Source: Curvularia clavata (taxonomy: Eukaryota). From it: a stretch of DNA of 64,000 nt. The position numbers and the translations under genes are program-made. Numbering within the stretch: the first letter of the stretch is position 1; every line of letters begins with the position of its first letter. The notes beneath the pieces are model-generated. The model ran no database searches. It was not told the origin of the DNA and saw nothing but the letters and a program-made list of their open reading frames with translations. The stretch is from positions 558,001 through 622,000 of the forward strand of contig CP089274.1 of the NCBI GenBank assembly GCA_023920165.1, in the 5' to 3' direction. Positions 59,023-64,000 of this stretch are shown in pieces.

Positions 59023-60141
59023 ATGTCTCCAGAACTCTCAGAAACAGACCGAACAACGTACGAGGAAGCACGGAATGGCGCAGCCGCGTACTTACAATCA
59101 AGACTGTCAGCTAAGAGCCAGGAAGCCAATGAGGGCTTCGAAATACCAATTATTGATCTTGCGCCATCATTCTCTAACTCTCTTGCCGATCGTCAAAAAG
59201 TAGCCGACCAAATCCGCAAAGCATGCACAACTTCCGGCTTCTTTTACATTAAAAACCACGGAATACCCAAAGCCGCTTGCGACAGCATATTGCATCAGGC
59301 CGAACGTTTCATAAAAGAGTTGCCACGGGACAAAAAAGAAGACCTCCATCTTAAGCACAACAAGTTCGGTCTGGGATGGGAACCAAGCGAATACACCTCT
59401 ATAGCCGGGGACAAGGAAGAAAAAGAAGTCTTCAACTTCGCGTACGAAGCCGAGCTGGATCCGACCGGCGGCGACGGAAAATACAGAAACCTCGACGGCT
59501 CGACCGGCAAAGCCAACATGTGGCCAAAAGAAGAGGACCTGCCTGGTTTCTACGTCGGCGTCAAAGACTACTACGGTAACGTGCTAAACCTCGCACGCCA
59601 CCTCTTCCGCCTCTTCGCCCTGTCCCTACACCTCAGCGAAACTTACTTCGACCCCATGACAACGCATCCTGGCGGCATCGCCCGTCTGCTGTACTACCCA
59701 CCACCGAAAACCCCCGTCTCCTCCCTTTCTCCAGACCAAGAAGCTCAAATTGGTCTCGGAGCCCATTCTGATTACGAGTGCTTCACCCTGCTTCTCACCT
59801 CCTCGACCCCTGGACTCGAAATTCTTACTCCCTCCGGCCAATGGCACATTGCATCATACCTCCCTGACGCTCTCATCGTTAACGTTGCGGACTTCCTTAT
59901 GCGCTGGACAAATGGGCTTTACAAGTCTACGGTGCATAGGGTGGTGAATCGGAGCAGCGAGGAGAGGTATAGTGTGCCGTTTTTCTTTTCGGTGAATTAT
60001 GATGAGGTTGTGGAGACTCTGGAGACGTGTTTGAAGGAGGGGGAGGAGAGCAAGTGGAGGCCGATTAGGGCAGGAGAGTATATTTTGGAGAGGTTGAGGG
60101 CGACGGAAGTGTATGGGGCGGGAGTGAGGGAGGGGGCGTAG
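59023..60141 (+). CDS. Fe(II)/2-oxoglutarate dioxygenase, IPNS/DIOX family
   Basis: IPIIDL, ACTTSGFFYIKNHGI, RLLYYPP, GAHSDY (HxD), STVHRV (distal His) and RYSVPFF (RxS). Confidence 0.92.
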   Translation: MSPELSETDRTTYEEARNGAAAYLQSRLSAKSQEANEGFEIPIIDLAPSFSNSLADRQKVADQIRKACTTSGFFYIKNHGIPKAACDSILHQAERFIKELPRDKKEDLHLKHNKFGLGWEPSEYTSIAGDKEEKEVFNFAYEAELDPTGGDGKYRNLDGSTGKANMWPKEEDLPGFYVGVKDYYGNVLNLARHLFRLFALSLHLSETYFDPMTTHPGGIARLLYYPPPKTPVSSLSPDQEAQIGLGAHSDYECFTLLLTSSTPGLEILTPSGQWHIASYLPDALIVNVADFLMRWTNGLYKSTVHRVVNRSSEERYSVPFFFSVNYDEVVETLETCLKEGEESKWRPIRAGEYILERLRATEVYGAGVREGA

Positions 60142-60710
60142 GAGGGTTGAGGCGTGGGGTATGGAAAAGAGGGTAGGGGTAAGTGGGTGGCTGGGTCGAA
60201 TTTTAGAATGGATTCGATCTGATTTATTACTGGGCGTGCTTCTCTTGTTATTGTTACATGTATAAGTTCTCAGGTTGACGGCATTCTTTGTTTCAAGAAA
60301 CACCTCTGCTCACACGGTACATAAACACTAAATCGCGATGAGTGACATTCACATAAGTGAAGATATTCACTGAAAGAAATCATTGCCTTCTTTGATGCCA
60401 ACGCTAATTAACAGAAGTTAAGTCCAAGCTCAGATTACATGAATTGTCTTTCTTAATTATTACACATTCAACAGCTGACCCGTACTCAGAGCTAAAAGAA
60501 TCCCTCTATATTTATCACTCTAACCATTAGAAAATGTACCTTATTTTCTGAAATATTCGAGAACATATGCGCAGAGATAAAAGCAAACATAGTTTTCACT
60601 ATTCTAAATATTGATACTAACAGCAATTGAGAGAGGAAGGATATCTCCAGCGAAGCTTAACTAAGCATCACATCTGACTTTATCCTACATACCAACGCGT
60701 GAATATAGAC

Positions 60711-62535
60711 TCAATAGCGAGACGAACCCTGCCCACGATACCCCGTGTTCGTTGAGCCTCCACGGCCCCGACCAGAACCACCCCTCTGCTCTGCATCGTG
60801 CCTCCTGCCATCGGGTGCTCCCATATTCGAGTGTCCCTGACCCCGTCCTCGCGGAGCAGGATAGTGCCCACCATGATGCCCACCATGATGCCCGCCATGA
60901 TGCCCGCGATTTGGATACGGCGCATGTCTTCCACGTCCCCCCGTAAAGTGAGCGTCTCCCCTACCACCCATACCGTACCCCTGACCTCGCCCACGCTGCC
61001 CATGAAATGCTCCTCTCTCACCGCGATGCGCACCCTGCGGCTGAGCTCGGAACGGCCAAAACTTCTCTCTTGTCTCCCGATCCACGGCATGACTTCTCTC
61101 CTCCATCGTCCTGAGTACAATAGGCCCACTCTTCGCTTCTCTTACCAGCACCACCGCGCGGTTCGGTCTGCGTTCGCGCTTGAGTACAGCCCGGAGGTGC
61201 GTCAGTAGCGCAACGAGCTTCCGCAGTGGTCCCTGCTGCGCCTGCTCCCACTTTGCTACGCGCTCTGCTGCATTTTCTTTCTTGATGGGGCGTACGCGGC
61301 CAGTTTCCTTGTCGTACGGCGCTGTGTACAAGAGGGATGTGCGGCCGAACCAGAGTTGGTCTTGGCATTGGACCAAGTTGTTGCCTTCGGCGTGGTAGGC
61401 CTGCGTTTTGAGCTCCAGCATTTGCGCGGTGGGAACGATGTGGCCTTTCTGGAGCACGCGTAAAGGGGCTTGGTAGTTGAAGGTGGGTCTGGTAATTGGG
61501 CCTGCGCCGTTGCCGCTTACGGCTGCGGCTTCAGAAGGTGTAAGGTCATCGGGTACGATGCCGTCGTCGTAGGCGTCTGCTTCGAAGCGACAGACAACAT
61601 TCAAAGGACCCATCTTGTAGCGGATGGCGCGGTAGTGACTGGTTGCGTCTTGCATGTCTTCTGTCGTTTTGGTAAAGTCGTGCTCGAAATTGAAGCCGTA
61701 GCTCTGCCCATCTGAAACTTTCCACCAGCGTGACTGACGTCGAACGATAACGAGCGTGTTGAAGACTAGATACAAGTTCAATCGAAAGGGGCCATTGGAT
61801 TTTCCCTGCGTGAACTCCAATAGTACACGCAGACTATTGCGGTCAGCGAGCACATCAATGTCGTTGAACTCGTAGTTTGGATTCATGACACTGAGCGCTT
61901 GGAACATGGGAGAGTAGGGGTCCCGTGGTCGACGTGCGTAGTTGTAGTCTTGGTATTGCAAACCGCTGTCCCTCTGTAAAGTATGAGGCAGAGGCGGCTC
62001 AGACCATTTTGCTGGCTCGCCCGGAACTGAAGGCGGCTTGTAAGTATTTGGAGACACGATGTTTGAATAGAAGGGCGAGCACACAAAGATGTGTACCCTT
62101 TTTCCTTGCTCCTTACGTACCGAATATTGTATTAGTCCCATCCGTAGAAGATTGCCAGTTGTAACAGCAAAGTAGCTCTGGATCTCTGTCCCACACGACA
62201 TCTTGTGATATAGGCACAAGGTCATCTGAATTGACGGTCTCAAGCACTTCTCCTGCATCCCTAGCAATGGTCTTGTCAAAGAGATCTTGTTTCTTCTTGC
62301 GTTTCTTTAGCGTGGCTGCATCAACAATCGGCACTTCAGGCTTAGCGGCGTCGGCATCCTCAGGCTCCAAAGGAACACCGTCGTCTTCCTCATCTTCGTC
62401 TTCTTCATCTTCATTCGCTCCATCATCTACAGGATTGCTCGGTTCCGCGGTGCTGGTATTCTGCAGACTTTGCCAACTAGAACCTCCTAGCGCCAGGGCA
62501 ATTTTTGCCTCAAAAGACATGGCCGATGAGTCCAT
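60711..62535 (-). CDS. Uncharacterised protein (about 576 aa) with Rai1/DXO-like PD-(D/E)xK motifs, acidic N-terminus and RGG/His-Gly C-terminal tail
   Basis: Exon 1 (62535-62121) and intron 62120-62027 join NTIF|VPGEP in frame. Core: DVLADRNSL, YGFNFE, HYRAIRY, RFEADAY, LELKT, QLWFGRT. The gene model is solid; the function is inferred. Confidence 0.8.
60860..60910 (-). repeat. 12-bp coding tandem repeat (GHHG x3-4)
   Basis: GCCCACCATGAT / GCCCGCCATGAT units encode GHHGGHHGGHHGGHY. Confidence 0.8.
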
Positions 62536-64000
62536 CCTTGATGCTGAAATGATGAAAAACGGTACGACTGATATAACAGCTCTTCGATGGATTTATAGCT
62601 GACGTTTTTTTATAGCAATCTCCTGTACATGTCCTTGTGGAAACGTCTTCCTGAATAACAATATTTGGAACAAACACAACTTGAACAGGAACGCGTGAGT
62701 AAAAGTAGTTTTACTTTTTCATGGTATGACGCCAACGACTCACGTCTGCTAAGGAAAACCGGCCCCTTCTGTATGGACGCGCTGCGTGTCCAGTAGGCCA
62801 CGTATGTCCACGACCAAATATCTAGGTTGAACTGGAATGCGGGTAGTAATCTGGAGCTGAGTATATTGTACGTTGTCGTTAAAAATAGAGTATGTAGATG
62901 TACAATTGTTGAGGAAAAGATACAAAATGGTACGTTGTGGAAGTAATAGACTAGGTAGATCTGACAAGTAAAGAAACCTACGCACGAGCCCCTGAACCCA
63001 ACTCGCTAGCGGCCCTCCCGCGTTATCTGCCTTTGATCACCAGTCTAGACCCCGCCGGATCTCCATTACTGCATTTCAACTTCATGCACGTCTGATATTG
63101 GAACATTTCTTCCAACAGCAGTGAGTATTTTACGTTTACACCCTACCTAGTCATGACTTTTGAATTCTTTCTCTCCCAACCAAAACCACGTCACACACAT
63201 CCATCCACAGCCAAACAAGCAAGACGATCGTGCAGCAAATGCATTTCTGGCAGAGACTTTACTGTGCCGATAACTTTCAAAGGCTTTGGCCTACTTTGTA
63301 AGTTGCTAGTAAGCACAGCTGAAATGCGAATTGCAGGATGAGTCTCTGGAAAGTTGGTATCATTCCAGCCATAGTGCCAAGCCTCTGTACAACCGGATCC
63401 TAGTTGGAACTGGACAGCATTTCCAAGAGTTTAGAATTCGTATCCTGCTACAGCCCTTGTTGCCTTACTGTTCGCGTTTTACGAGCAAACATCGGATGCG
63501 ACAACTGTTTCATCCCACAAGTGCTCGGTTTCGCTCAACGTTTGTTCTCTCTTCAACCTTGTCACTTCCTCGACAAGTGATAGATGGTGACAGACACGTC
63601 GTCGGTCATCCTCACGGTCGAGTCTGTGACGGACGAGGATTCTGCTCACGTTCCTCTCTTTTTTGAAGGAGTGCGCACTAATCCCGCAGATATGTCCTTG
63701 AATCATGAGGCCGTAATGTCTAGTTTTCTCGTACAAATAACATAACACTAACTCGCTCGACCGCTACGCGCACTCTGCAACCTGTCACAGGACTAATGGC
63801 ACATTAAAATAAACAAAGCCTGATACAATGCAGGTAATTGAGTGGCTAATACATGAGACGCGATTTTTCAGGCGTATGCACTGATGGAGACGAAGCAGAG
63901 CACAAACAATGCAGTGTTTACGTATGATTATTATATGAAAACAGATACCGATCGTGAGGGTCATAGGTCATTGCGAGAACGCCCATGAAAGTCTAATGCA

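Overview
Eukaryotic, intron-containing DNA from a filamentous ascomycete. GT-AG introns with CTRAC branch sites are visible throughout; gene content and style suggest a Pleosporales-like Dothideomycete (inference). The ORF track uses GTG/TTG starts and ignores introns, so gene models were rebuilt by hand. Three zones are visible. (1) 1-17.7 kb is conserved housekeeping genes: DLD2-like FAD dehydrogenase, proteasome alpha4/PRE6, CHY zinc finger, inositol polyphosphate 5-phosphatase, GFA protein, glutamyl-tRNA synthetase, CYK3, plus an AA9 LPMO. (2) About 18-33.8 kb is an accessory island with TpA-rich, RIP-like relics. It holds an orphan 96-aa gene, a HET-NACHT-ankyrin-ZZ NLR-like receptor, a convergent RING protein, an F-box-like/ankyrin gene whose 99-bp repeats resemble the NLR sensor repeats, a decayed membrane-protein gene and an NmrA-like reductase. 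(3) 34-64 kb holds a PhyH dioxygenase, a small spliced orphan, a divergent HapX-like bZIP with tandem SreA-type GATA sites, MCM5, GH95/GH27/GH51 glycosidases around a COG0523 zinc GTPase, a YbjQ-like protein, a divergent amidohydrolase/2OG-dioxygenase pair, and an uncharacterised protein with Rai1/DXO-like nuclease motifs and an RGG tail. The best novelty candidates are the NLR/RING/F-box-ankyrin module and the DXO-like RGG protein. No rRNA, tRNA, CRISPR array or intact transposase was recognised.
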